A DNA stretch of 64,000 nucleotides from a virus. Made by a program: the position numbers and the translations under genes. This document shows, in pieces, positions 1-9,205 of the stretch; position 1 is the stretch's first letter; every line of letters starts with the position of its first letter. The stretch is from positions 1-64,000 of IMG/VR virus record IMGVR_UViG_3300036832_001138; one strand, 5' to 3'. The notes under the pieces were generated by a model. It saw only the letters and a program-made list of their open reading frames with translations, did no database searches and had not been told where the DNA came from.

Positions 1-776
1 CCGCGGACACGCAGACAAACGAGTACAAGAATCAAACGCCGGTGCCGCTGATCGGCGCGATCGCAGGGCGACACGGCGTCGGCACAAAAACTCTCGGCAC
101 GATCCCGAGCTTCAAGGTCGACCGCTTTTCCGTGACGCCCGGCGAGAGCGCGCGCGAGGCAATCACCAAGATTGCCAACGCGGCCGGGGCTAAAATCAGC
201 GCGGATCAGAACGGAAATCTCGAACTTATTGGGACCGACGCTCAGGGCGGCTACGCCGAAGCGATCGAGGGCGTGAATATCCTGATCGGGCGCGAAACGA
301 TCACGTCGACGGAAACGCCGAAAAATCTTGCGACCGCGCAGCGACCCGGCAGCGATGATCAATCCGGTCCAGAAGTTGCGCACCAACAACATGCGCAAGG
401 CCAAGGCGGCGGCGGGCAGATGCAAACCAACATGTTCGCCCGCGTGCTCGGCGAAATCCCTTCGATGGGAATCGAACAACTCAAGCAACGCGCGCGGATC
501 GAGGATAACGTCGGCGATGCCAACTCGATCACGGTAACGCTGACGATGTTGGGATGGCAGAAGCCCAACGGCGGCTTGTGGTGGCCGATGGATATCGTAT
601 TCGTCGAATCGCCGATGCTGATCATGGATCGGCCCCTCATTCTCAAGGCGGTGACATATACGCAGGACGATCAGACCGGCACGCGCTCGACGATCGAGCT
701 TGTAAACATGACGGCGTTTGGCGGCGGTGCTGCACAAGCGTCTGGCGGCGGCGGTGGAGGCGGAGGCGAAGAATGA
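1..776 (+). CDS. Mu gp44/gpP-like baseplate hub protein (5'-truncated by window edge)
   Basis: Frame is open from the window start. C-terminal 'GWQKPNGGLWWPMDIVFVESPMLIMDRPLILKAVTYTQDDQTGTRSTIELV' resembles Mu gpP; lies upstream of the gp45-like gene. Confidence 0.7.
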   Translation, partial: ADTQTNEYKNQTPVPLIGAIAGRHGVGTKTLGTIPSFKVDRFSVTPGESAREAITKIANAAGAKISADQNGNLELIGTDAQGGYAEAIEGVNILIGRETITSTETPKNLATAQRPGSDDQSGPEVAHQQHAQGQGGGGQMQTNMFARVLGEIPSMGIEQLKQRARIEDNVGDANSITVTLTMLGWQKPNGGLWWPMDIVFVESPMLIMDRPLILKAVTYTQDDQTGTRSTIELVNMTAFGGGAAQASGGGGGGGGEE

Positions 777-1711
777 CGTTGCGAACAACGGCGAAAGAAA
801 CCGGGCGGCGCGTGCAAACCTCGCAGGCGCGTTGCACGCTGCGCGATTTCGATGACGATCACGACATGATGGAAATCAAGGCGGCCGATGTGATGACATC
901 GGAAACGCCGACCAATTTCGAGCGCTGGCAATCGGTCGGAATGTCGGTCCACCCGATGCCGCAGGAGCAGGATCAGCAACAACAAGGCCAACAGGATCAG
1001 CAACAGCAAGATGGCGGCGGTGGCGGCGGCAACGGCGATCAAAACCCGTGGAACATGAAGCAGCCCAAGGGCCCGTCGGCCGAAGGGTTGATGATGTACC
1101 CCGGCGGCTCGCGCTCGCATCCGGTATGTGCCGGGATCGATGATCGGCGCGTGCGGCCGTATCAGACCAAGCCGGGCGAAGCGCTTTACTACTCGGCCGA
1201 TGGGTCCGGGCAGACAATGTATCACCGCGTTCGCGGCGACGGGAATGATGGGCTCTTTCTCCTGACGTGCGACGATCAGCAACAGAGCGGGCATGGCGTG
1301 CGCGGACGTGCGGGATCGGGCCAAGGTCCGCAGAAGCGCTACGTTTCCATTCGCCACGTGAACAAGAAAAAGCAGCAACGCAAATCAAAAAAGCTGCAAC
1401 AACAACAGCAACAGCAATACGACATGGAGCTATTTGCTGATCAGCAGCAGGAGTACAAGCACGAAGGCGATTCGGTGAACACCGAGACGCGGCACTACGC
1501 GGATCAGATCGGCTATTACGACGGTTCGACTCAGGTCGGCAATTACAAAAAGAGCGACAAAGAATGGTGCCACCACACTGGAGATCGTAGTCAGTCAACG
1601 CGCGCCGATCAGAATCACTCGCATATTAAATTCGCAGGCTCGCACTGTTGGATGGAGGGCGGCTGCTTTCATTCGGTGCCGTGGGTCTTGAAGCCCGATC
1701 CTTGCACGTGA
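773..1711 (+). CDS. Mu gp45-like baseplate spike/assembly protein with poly-Gln/Gly insertions
   Basis: ATGA overlap with the previous stop. 'ETPTNFERWQSVGMSVHP...AEGLMMYPGGSRSHPVCAGIDDRRVRP...PGEALYY' matches the gp45 pattern. Confidence 0.7.
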   Translation: MTLRTTAKETGRRVQTSQARCTLRDFDDDHDMMEIKAADVMTSETPTNFERWQSVGMSVHPMPQEQDQQQQGQQDQQQQDGGGGGGNGDQNPWNMKQPKGPSAEGLMMYPGGSRSHPVCAGIDDRRVRPYQTKPGEALYYSADGSGQTMYHRVRGDGNDGLFLLTCDDQQQSGHGVRGRAGSGQGPQKRYVSIRHVNKKKQQRKSKKLQQQQQQQYDMELFADQQQEYKHEGDSVNTETRHYADQIGYYDGSTQVGNYKKSDKEWCHHTGDRSQSTRADQNHSHIKFAGSHCWMEGGCFHSVPWVLKPDPCT

Positions 1712-1712
1712 C

Positions 1713-2783
1713 ATGGGCCAGTGGTGGATTGCGCCGGGACACAATAACGGCACCGTCTGCATCGACGATGCCTTGCTTTACAACATTGATTGCTCGTCGG
1801 TCCCGGCCAACATCGATCTGATCTTTTGGTACGGCCAGAACGGCGAGATTCTTTATCAGGTTGGTGACCGGCCGCGCATCCGCGAGCCGTTCATCGATAT
1901 CACGCCGTATATCGCGATCTTCGACAAGTGGATGGTCGCGGCGGAAACGACCACACCGCCGCTCACATTGCCGCAATCGAAGTTCGTCAAAACGCAGGAA
2001 GTCGACGCACTGTTTGCTTCGAAGCGGCAGCTTCCGATGTCGTATCTCGGCTATCTTTGGGACGGCAGCGACGAAGCGACCGGCGCGATGTCGGATCAGA
2101 TCGCGGCCATCACCGCGCCGCCCGATCCCTCCGGCGCGATCAATTCGGCAACCGCCGCGCTGGCGACCAGCGTCAATCAGTCATTCGCTGCGCTGATTGG
2201 TAGCGTGAATTCTGCGCACTCGACGATCGAGAGCACGTCAGACGCGGCCAATGCCGCGCTCGCTGGTGGGTCCGGTGCTGGCTATGTCGTTGATGAGGTG
2301 AACTCGATCAACGATTCGTTTGCTGGCGATAATGCGACGGCCGTCAATAATATGCTGGCCGAATTACAGAGCGGCATCACCTACGCGATCTCGCAGCATG
2401 CGGTGCTGATCAACGGATTGCTGGCGGGCGGTGTTCCGCCGGGCACCGCGCTCGATGGCACGCAACCGACGTTTGCCGGAGCGAGCTTCACAGACGCGAC
2501 CAAGCCGTCGATCGTGAGCGTGCCGAGTGTTTCCGCGCCAGACGTTTCGGTACCGCCGGTTTCCGCCACGCCCGTGCCGCCGGTAGATGCGCCGAATATC
2601 TTGTGGCCTCCGATCGGCGCGCCTCCGGTGCCGCTCACCTACACGCAATTTACCACGTTGCTCGGGATGCTGACGCAACGCCGCAACGCGCTGCAAATCC
2701 AACGCACGAACCACAAGAACAACATCATAATTCTGACGACGATCGCGGCCGTCGTTGCTTACGACATTACGACGGGATGGTGA
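1713..2783 (+). CDS. Tail-associated protein, DUF4376/tail-fibre-assembly-like with a large Ala/Ser-rich insertion
   Basis: C-terminal 'VPLTYTQFTTLL...AAVVAYDITTGW' is typical of DUF4376-like proteins; tail-operon context. Confidence 0.5.
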   Translation: MGQWWIAPGHNNGTVCIDDALLYNIDCSSVPANIDLIFWYGQNGEILYQVGDRPRIREPFIDITPYIAIFDKWMVAAETTTPPLTLPQSKFVKTQEVDALFASKRQLPMSYLGYLWDGSDEATGAMSDQIAAITAPPDPSGAINSATAALATSVNQSFAALIGSVNSAHSTIESTSDAANAALAGGSGAGYVVDEVNSINDSFAGDNATAVNNMLAELQSGITYAISQHAVLINGLLAGGVPPGTALDGTQPTFAGASFTDATKPSIVSVPSVSAPDVSVPPVSATPVPPVDAPNILWPPIGAPPVPLTYTQFTTLLGMLTQRRNALQIQRTNHKNNIIILTTIAAVVAYDITTGW

Positions 2784-2786
2784 GGT

Positions 2787-2813
2787 GGCGGCGGTGCTTG
2801 TGACACCGCCGCC
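2787..2813. terminator. GC-rich hairpin downstream (on the - strand) of the TIGR mini-array
   Basis: ggcggcggtg-cttgtga-caccgccgcc, a 10-bp stem; no clear U-tract. Confidence 0.4.
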
Positions 2814-2819
2814 GGAGAT

Positions 2820-2914
2820 GCGCCCGGCAGTCACCGTTTGGAGTTCACATCATTCCTGGCCGGGCGCGGCGGTCGCACGAACGCGATGGAGTTCAGAAGA
2901 ATAATGGCGACCGC
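2820..2914 (-). ncRNA. Orphan TIGR-like mini-array (2 guide units)
   Basis: gcgcccgg-ca-gtcaccgtt-tggagttca-catcattcc-tgg-ccgggcgc-g-gcggtcg-ca-cgaacgcga-tggagttca-gaagaataa-tgg-cgaccgc; same architecture as the 53.7-56.1 kb arrays. Confidence 0.9.
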
Positions 2915-2942
2915 AACGAGAGTGTAACCGAAAAAAGGGCCA

Positions 2943-4103
2943 ATGGCGAGAACACCCACACGAGTACCCGCATTTCCGACAACGCCGCCGGGCGCGGGCG
3001 TGCCGACGCGCGTACCGGGGCCGTCGCTTCCTCCCGTGGGTACGCGCTCGCCCACGCGCGTGCCCGCTGCGCCGCAGACCGCGCCGGGCAACGGCTTTCC
3101 CAATGCGGTGCGTATTCCGCAAACGTCGCCGGTCGGCCCGACCTACCCGGTGCACAGCCCGCCCGCGCCTACCGTCGGCTCGCGCTTCCCGGCGAATTCT
3201 CCGCCTCTGCCCATCGTGCCCGCGCGCTATCCCAACAGCGCGCGGCTGACGGCGGAGGCGGTGATCAGGGGGGCGAGCTTTCCCAATCGAAGCAGTCCGG
3301 GCATGGCGTTGCCGACGCCAACCGGGCAATTCCCCGATCACCCGACGGCGCAACTCCCGGCCCCGCCCGCGCAATTCCCCGACCGATTCGATCCGGGTAT
3401 GACGCTGCCGACGCCAGTCTCGCACTTCCGTCACTACAACAAGCCGGGTGAGCCGGGCTCGGGCGGGTTTGATCCCGCACCTGCGCCAAATCGGCGCTTC
3501 CCGACGCGGCATATCGATCCGCTCACGCGCATCCCGCGGTGGCGGCAACGGCTGCGTATCGCCTCATTCAAGGGGATTGAATTCTACGTCGAGCAACAAG
3601 GGCGCACGTCCGGCACGCGTACCGTCTTGCATCAATATCCGAAGCGCTCTGTGCCCTATGCCGAATCCATGGGACGCGAGGCGTTGCACTACGCGGTCAC
3701 CGGCTATCTGATCCAATCGCCGAACTGGCCGACGGGCGCGTCGTATTACGAGATGCTCTCGGATTATTCCGATCAGCGCGACAGCCTCGAAGCGGCGTTG
3801 ATGGACCCGGTGCCGGGCGAATTGCGTGATCCGCACACGCCGTATCTCGGCGTTGGTTACGCGCCGCTTCTGTTCATGTGTGAGAAGTACACGATCGTCG
3901 AGCAACGCGAGAAGGGCGGTTTTTGCTCGATCGAAATGAGCTTCGTCGAGGCTGGCGTCGCTGGCATGTCGATCCAAATGCAAGACACCGCTGGCGTCGT
4001 CGCCAACGCCGCGAACAACGCGAGCACTGCCGTAGCCGCGCAGGCTAATGCGCAACTCGGTGCCGTCAATCAACCCGGCGCTGCGCTCGCGTTTGAAGAA
4101 TAG
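2943..4103 (+). CDS. DNA circulation protein (Mu gpN-like) N-terminal domain with a Pro-rich extension
   Basis: 'WRQRLRIASFKGIEFYVEQQGRTSGTRTVLHQYPKRSVPYAESMGR' resembles DNA_circ_N; 'CSIEMSFVEAG' follows. Confidence 0.8.
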   Translation: MARTPTRVPAFPTTPPGAGVPTRVPGPSLPPVGTRSPTRVPAAPQTAPGNGFPNAVRIPQTSPVGPTYPVHSPPAPTVGSRFPANSPPLPIVPARYPNSARLTAEAVIRGASFPNRSSPGMALPTPTGQFPDHPTAQLPAPPAQFPDRFDPGMTLPTPVSHFRHYNKPGEPGSGGFDPAPAPNRRFPTRHIDPLTRIPRWRQRLRIASFKGIEFYVEQQGRTSGTRTVLHQYPKRSVPYAESMGREALHYAVTGYLIQSPNWPTGASYYEMLSDYSDQRDSLEAALMDPVPGELRDPHTPYLGVGYAPLLFMCEKYTIVEQREKGGFCSIEMSFVEAGVAGMSIQMQDTAGVVANAANNASTAVAAQANAQLGAVNQPGAALAFEE

Positions 4104-4158
4104 TTCTTCGTCGTTTCCCCGTTCCACATCGCCGTCAACGTGAAGGGAGGGCATATCA

Positions 4159-4539
4159 ATGCCTGGAAAATGCAATAGCTATGTTCTCGACAACGGCTTG
4201 GTCGCGTTGAAGGCGGCTGCAACGCACATCTATATTTGCAGTCAGGAGCCCGTGGATTACACGACGGCAACGACCACCTACGCGCTTGGCAACAAAAACT
4301 TCGGCGCGGGCGCGGTGCTCACCGGCCCGGTCGATCGCACGCCGAATGGTCGCAAGGTCACGACCAACGCCGTTACCGATGGCAACGTGACCGGCAGCGG
4401 CAATGCCGCACGATGGGCGATTGTCGATGCTGCGAACTCGCGGCTCTTGGTCGACAACGATCTCGCCGCATCGCAGCCCGTGACCGCCGGAAACGTATTC
4501 AGCTTGCCCGGATTTGATTTCGGCATCCCTGGTTCGTAA
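4159..4539 (+). CDS. Putative virion structural protein
   Basis: SD gggagg; 126-aa beta-rich protein in the tail operon. Confidence 0.55.
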   Translation: MPGKCNSYVLDNGLVALKAAATHIYICSQEPVDYTTATTTYALGNKNFGAGAVLTGPVDRTPNGRKVTTNAVTDGNVTGSGNAARWAIVDAANSRLLVDNDLAASQPVTAGNVFSLPGFDFGIPGS

Positions 4540-4561
4540 ACGCGACTAAGGGAGCGCGGCG

Positions 4562-5431
4562 ATGGTCGCCAAGCTCATCAGGCACAAGTTTCAATCGGCC
4601 GTCGCTGACGGTACCGATGCGACGCTCGTGCGACCGTCTGTCTGGAACGGTGATGCGCATGATTTCAAGCTCGGCGGGCGCACCGTCGTGGTGTTGACGG
4701 ATACGATTGTCAACGCCGACGAATGGAGCCTGATCAAATACAATCGTCCTGGTCAAAATATAGCCGTTTCGCTCGCCGCGCCTGACGCTAACAATTTTCA
4801 GGCGGGATGGACGACATTCCTGCGCAACATCAACTCAGGCATCGCCACCATCACGACTCCGGCCTTGATCCAATTTGGCATGGGATCAATCAGTTCGCTC
4901 AATCTTCGTCAGGGAGAAGATTTGATCCTGACATCGGATGGCACGAATTACGACGTGCTGTGGTCATCGGGCTCGCTATTTGCGCGGGCGGGACAAATAC
5001 CGGGGACGGCGACAAACGACAACGCGGCGGCGGGCAATGTCGGCGAGTTTCTGTTCTCCGTTGTCCCAAGCGGTTCAGGGCCGGGTCTTGTTAGCAGCAC
5101 TGCGGTGGCCGTCGCTGGTGTCAATCTCACGCCGGGGGATTGGGACGTGCAGGCCATGATTGGGTTTGTTGGCGGCGCTGCGACGCAGGTGGCCTATGCG
5201 ATTGGTTCGCTATCAACGGCGCAGGGTGGGATAACGGGCGGCTATGGTTCGGTGTGGCAGGCGTATTACAACGCCGGGCCATTCAGTTCTATCGGCAGCA
5301 TCATGCTGCCGATATCGTCAGTACGATATACCCCCACTAGCACGACAACCGTTTGGTTGAACGCGCAGGTGGGCTTTACTCCTGGCTCAGTCAGCGCCTT
5401 CGGCACCATCCGCGCGCGCAGGGTGCGCTGA
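4562..5431 (+). CDS. Putative tail fibre/receptor-binding paralog 1
   Basis: First of three TGATG-coupled paralogs sharing 'HKFQxAxADGxDATLVRP' and 'GQIPGTxxNDNAAxGNVG', ending in 'RRxR'. Confidence 0.6.
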   Translation: MVAKLIRHKFQSAVADGTDATLVRPSVWNGDAHDFKLGGRTVVVLTDTIVNADEWSLIKYNRPGQNIAVSLAAPDANNFQAGWTTFLRNINSGIATITTPALIQFGMGSISSLNLRQGEDLILTSDGTNYDVLWSSGSLFARAGQIPGTATNDNAAAGNVGEFLFSVVPSGSGPGLVSSTAVAVAGVNLTPGDWDVQAMIGFVGGAATQVAYAIGSLSTAQGGITGGYGSVWQAYYNAGPFSSIGSIMLPISSVRYTPTSTTTVWLNAQVGFTPGSVSAFGTIRARRVR

Positions 5432-6288
5432 TGGCAAAACTGTTCAAACATAAGTTTCAGTTGGCCGTCGCGGACGGTGCTGATGCGACACTTGTGCGTC
5501 CATCGACCTGGAACGGCGATGCACATGACTTCAAGCTTGGCGGGCGCACGGTAACGGCGGCGACGGACACGATTGTCACCACCGACGAATGGAGCCTGAT
5601 CAAATACAATCGCGCTACACCCATATCAGTCAGCATGGGGCCGATAGATGCCAACAATTTTCAGGCAGGTTGGGTGACGTTTGTACGCAATCTCGGTGCG
5701 GGAGTTCTGCAAATCAGCGGTACAGGCGGCGTCAACAATGGTTTTGGAAACGCCTCCCCCCTAAGACTTGAGCAAGGTGAAGATGCGATTATCACTTCGG
5801 ATGGCGCGAATTTTGATGCGCTTTGTTCGTCTGGCTCGCTGTGGACGCGCGCGGGCCAGATACCGGGGACGCTAACCAACGACAACGCGGCGGCAGGGAA
5901 TGTCGGCGAGTTTTTGATAGCGACGAGCGGCAGTGGTGCGCTGGTAACCGATACTCCGTTTGCGCTGATAAGTATCACGCTAACAGCAGGAGATTGGGAC
6001 ATTGAGGGGACCGCGACATTTTCCGGCAGTGGGGCAACCCCGGTGAACTATTTGATAACCGCAGTTAACACCGTAGCAAACCAAGTGCATCAGGGACTCG
6101 GTTCGCATTGGCAGACGTTTTGGGGCCAGACGCCATTCAACGTTGTAGGCAACGTGGTTTTGCCGATCAGCAAATGGCGGCTCAGTATTGCGTCTGGCAC
6201 GCAGCCCGTTTATGTGAACGTACAGGCGGGCTTTACTCCGGGCGCAATCAATGCCGTAGGCACTATCCGCGCGCGCAGGGCACGCTGA
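5431..6288 (+). CDS. Putative tail fibre/receptor-binding paralog 2
   Basis: Start MAKLFKHKF overlaps the previous stop; same conserved blocks as paralog 1. Confidence 0.6.
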   Translation: MAKLFKHKFQLAVADGADATLVRPSTWNGDAHDFKLGGRTVTAATDTIVTTDEWSLIKYNRATPISVSMGPIDANNFQAGWVTFVRNLGAGVLQISGTGGVNNGFGNASPLRLEQGEDAIITSDGANFDALCSSGSLWTRAGQIPGTLTNDNAAAGNVGEFLIATSGSGALVTDTPFALISITLTAGDWDIEGTATFSGSGATPVNYLITAVNTVANQVHQGLGSHWQTFWGQTPFNVVGNVVLPISKWRLSIASGTQPVYVNVQAGFTPGAINAVGTIRARRAR

Positions 6289-7169
6289 TGGTAGCAAAGA
6301 TTTTCAAGCACAAGTTTCAGTCAGCGATTGCGGATGGCGCTGATGCGACGCTCGTGCGGCCGCAGGCGAATTGGAATCTCGACGATCATGATTGGCGATT
6401 TGGCAGCCGCACGGTCACGGCGGCGACCGATGCTATCGTCAATGCCGATGAAATGAGCCTGATCAAATACAACAGGTCATCGGCAATCGCTGTTTCCATC
6501 GCGTCGCCGGATGCCAATAACTTTGTACCCGGATGGCTCACGTTCGTGCGCAACATCGGTGTGGGCTTGGTCACGATCACGGCCGCTGGCACAGCAGTGT
6601 TTAATCGTGGATTGGATTCATCAAGCTTTCTCTACCTTCGTCAAGGCGAGGATGCATTCATCATATCTGACGGCACGAATTACGATGCAATCGTTCGGTC
6701 CGGCTCGCTGTTCAATCGACGCGGCCAGATTCCAGGGACGACAGGAAACGACAACGCGGCGACGGGGAATGTCGGCAACACTCTTAGCGCTTCCAACGGG
6801 CCGTTCGGACTCACGTCAAATGTAATTACCAGCACTAATGCATTCTCTTTAGGCCCCGGCGATTGGGATTGTGATGCAACGATGTCATTCAGCACGGTAT
6901 CGGGCAATGAGCCAAACACCTACGTCGATTATATTACTGGTTTTTTCAATCTCGATACTTATGGCCAAGGATATGGACAGCAGCAATTTGCGGTGCCCTT
7001 GTTTCACAGCCAGCCTTTTCTCTTTATTAACAGCCTTGGGTTCGTGCTACCGACCGCACGAGTTTTGGTGCCAGTTGGCGCGACTTCCGGCGTGTTTATG
7101 GCCGCGCAGGCTGGCTTTGCTGGCCCCTTACAATTCACTTGGTACGCGTCATATCGGCGGGTTCGCTGA
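6288..7169 (+). CDS. Putative tail fibre/receptor-binding paralog 3
   Basis: Start MVAKIFKHKF overlaps the previous stop; same blocks, with a more divergent C-terminal domain. Confidence 0.6.
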   Translation: MVAKIFKHKFQSAIADGADATLVRPQANWNLDDHDWRFGSRTVTAATDAIVNADEMSLIKYNRSSAIAVSIASPDANNFVPGWLTFVRNIGVGLVTITAAGTAVFNRGLDSSSFLYLRQGEDAFIISDGTNYDAIVRSGSLFNRRGQIPGTTGNDNAATGNVGNTLSASNGPFGLTSNVITSTNAFSLGPGDWDCDATMSFSTVSGNEPNTYVDYITGFFNLDTYGQGYGQQQFAVPLFHSQPFLFINSLGFVLPTARVLVPVGATSGVFMAAQAGFAGPLQFTWYASYRRVR

Positions 7170-8674
7170 TGTCCGGCCCGACTGCATTCCAACCTAATGC
7201 CTTTCAGGCGAATGCGTTTCAGACCGCCGTCCCGCTGACGGTTAATGCCTATTCGCTCGGCGCGCTGCAAATCGGCATCCCATCGCTGACGGTCAAGCGC
7301 GTTCTGTCCGCCAACGCCTACTCGCTCGGCTCGCCCGCCTTCGCCGCGCCGCCGCTCAAAGCGGTTGTTATCTTCACGGCCCCCGTGGCGTACTCGCTCG
7401 GTTCGCCGAGCTTCGCCAAACCGGCTCTATTTAGCTGGACGCGGATCGTCGCGGGCGATTACTCGCTCGGCTCGCCGAGCTTTGCGACGCCGCCGCTCAC
7501 GCGCATTGTCGTCTTCGGCAAGCCCGCGGCGTATTCGCTCGGCTCGCCCGCATTTGCCACACCGGCTCTGAAAATTATCGGCTTCGCATTTCATGCGAAC
7601 CCGTATTCGCTCGGCTCGCCGTCATTCGCATCGCCGTTTGTCCGCTTCACGCAAAAGTTCACGGCGCGATCGCTCACGCTCGGATCGCCGACATTTGCCA
7701 CGCCGCAACTGACGCAAACGCATCGGTTCTTTACCAACACGATGGCGCTCGGCTCGCCGAGCTTCGACCGACCAAGCGTCAGGATGAACTATCGCCTTGT
7801 ACCGGCGGCGTTCGATGTCGGCAGTCTCGACATTGCGTCGACCCCGCCCGTGCTTGAGATCACCACGCTATTCAAAGCGAATGCCTATTCGCTCGGTAGC
7901 CCGAGCTTCGGCTTCCCGCGGTTGCAAACGCAAGCCGTCACGCCGCCATGGCCGCCGAGCTATTTGACTCAAGTTGAGTCAGCGACCGATCTGCTCGTTG
8001 GCTTCGTCAACGCGGTGTTGCGCAGCATACCCGACACCTCGACTGACGTTGCGCAAACCGCGTTGCAGCTTGGGGCACAACTTCGTGCCAATGCGACCAA
8101 CATCATTCGCGGCAATACGCTTGGCACGCTACTCAATAACTTCCTGCTCGCGGCTGATGCTGCGGGCGCAACCTATGGCGGTATCGAGGAAGCGCGCAAA
8201 TATCTGATGAGCTTTAGCGGAAGCCCGCAAGTGTTTACGCAAATCGTCATGCGCTCGGCGCTCGTGATGACGCTTGGCCTCGAAAGCAAAATCATTTCGC
8301 GCATGACATTCTCGACGCAAGCGCAAGCGCAAACAATGGTCATGGCCGTGCAGACGATGTTTGATGACGCCAAGGCGATCGGGATCGATACCATCGATGC
8401 GCTGGTTTATGAAAACCTGATTGCGTTGGCCGGTGCAATCATGAACCACCTCGCGACGACGGCATTGCAGCTTCCGCGCTACGTGGAATATCGCAGCGGC
8501 CTACCGATGCCGAGCCTTTATCTCGCCAATCGCGTCTACGGCGACGCCAGCCGGTTCGAAGAAATCGAGCGCGAGAACGGCGTGATTAATCCCGCATTCT
8601 GTCCGCGCACATTGCGCGTCTTGTCGGATGCGGAAATCGTTCCGCTACCGGGAGGGCCCTACCGGGCAAGCTGA
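7169..8674 (+). CDS. YSLGSP-repeat protein fused to a Mu gpN-like C-terminal region
   Basis: About 10 repeats of ~25 aa (xYSLGSPxFAxPxL). C-terminal 'LPMPSLYLANRVYGDASRFEEIERENGVINPAFCP' resembles the end of DNA circulation proteins. Confidence 0.6.
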   Translation: MSGPTAFQPNAFQANAFQTAVPLTVNAYSLGALQIGIPSLTVKRVLSANAYSLGSPAFAAPPLKAVVIFTAPVAYSLGSPSFAKPALFSWTRIVAGDYSLGSPSFATPPLTRIVVFGKPAAYSLGSPAFATPALKIIGFAFHANPYSLGSPSFASPFVRFTQKFTARSLTLGSPTFATPQLTQTHRFFTNTMALGSPSFDRPSVRMNYRLVPAAFDVGSLDIASTPPVLEITTLFKANAYSLGSPSFGFPRLQTQAVTPPWPPSYLTQVESATDLLVGFVNAVLRSIPDTSTDVAQTALQLGAQLRANATNIIRGNTLGTLLNNFLLAADAAGATYGGIEEARKYLMSFSGSPQVFTQIVMRSALVMTLGLESKIISRMTFSTQAQAQTMVMAVQTMFDDAKAIGIDTIDALVYENLIALAGAIMNHLATTALQLPRYVEYRSGLPMPSLYLANRVYGDASRFEEIERENGVINPAFCPRTLRVLSDAEIVPLPGGPYRAS

Positions 8675-8677
8675 TCG

Positions 8678-9205
8678 ATGGCCGATGTTCGAATAATCAG
8701 TAAGTTCGATTGGCGCGAGACAATCGCCGATTGGCAGCTATTGCAAAATGGGCTGCTCGACGAACGCGAGGAACTTGCGAATTATGTCAAGGTCGCGCTG
8801 ATGACCAATCGGCTTTCCGAGCCGACGGAAATCAGGCCAGACCCGGATTCTGACGATCGCAACGGATGGTGGGGCGATTATCAGGCGCAAGAGATTCACC
8901 GCGGCTGGCCGATCGGTTGCAAAAATTGGCTGCTCACCCGCGCCAAGATCAACGACGCGCCATCCATGGAAGGTGCAACCGTCGTGCGTGCGGAAATGTA
9001 TACGCGCGAAGCGTTGCAACCGCTAATCGACATGAGACTGTGCACCGCGATCGATGTGAAGGCCGCACGCGTCGGCGTAGATCGCATCGATGTTGGCGTT
9101 GTCGTTTATCGCGGCAACATGCCGGAGGTCGCGCTCCTATTCCAAGACCTTTGGAACAAGATGCGCGTCGAACCGGTGCTCTCGCCGTATGGAGGTTCAG
9201 TATAA
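8678..9205 (+). CDS. Mu gp46-like baseplate wedge protein
   Basis: 'DDRNGWWGD...IGCKNWLLTRAK...RAEMYTREALQPLID' is the GP46 signature. Confidence 0.85.
   Translation: MADVRIISKFDWRETIADWQLLQNGLLDEREELANYVKVALMTNRLSEPTEIRPDPDSDDRNGWWGDYQAQEIHRGWPIGCKNWLLTRAKINDAPSMEGATVVRAEMYTREALQPLIDMRLCTAIDVKAARVGVDRIDVGVVVYRGNMPEVALLFQDLWNKMRVEPVLSPYGGSV

Noticed and set aside
1242-1250. Exact 9-nt match (ggaatgatg) to one spacer of the 2820-2867 unit
   Set aside because: The other half-site does not match; single 9-mers are expected by chance in 64 kb.
4562-7169. DGR or invertible tail-fibre switch
   Set aside because: No reverse transcriptase, invertase, adenine-specific repeat pair or inverted crossover sites were seen.
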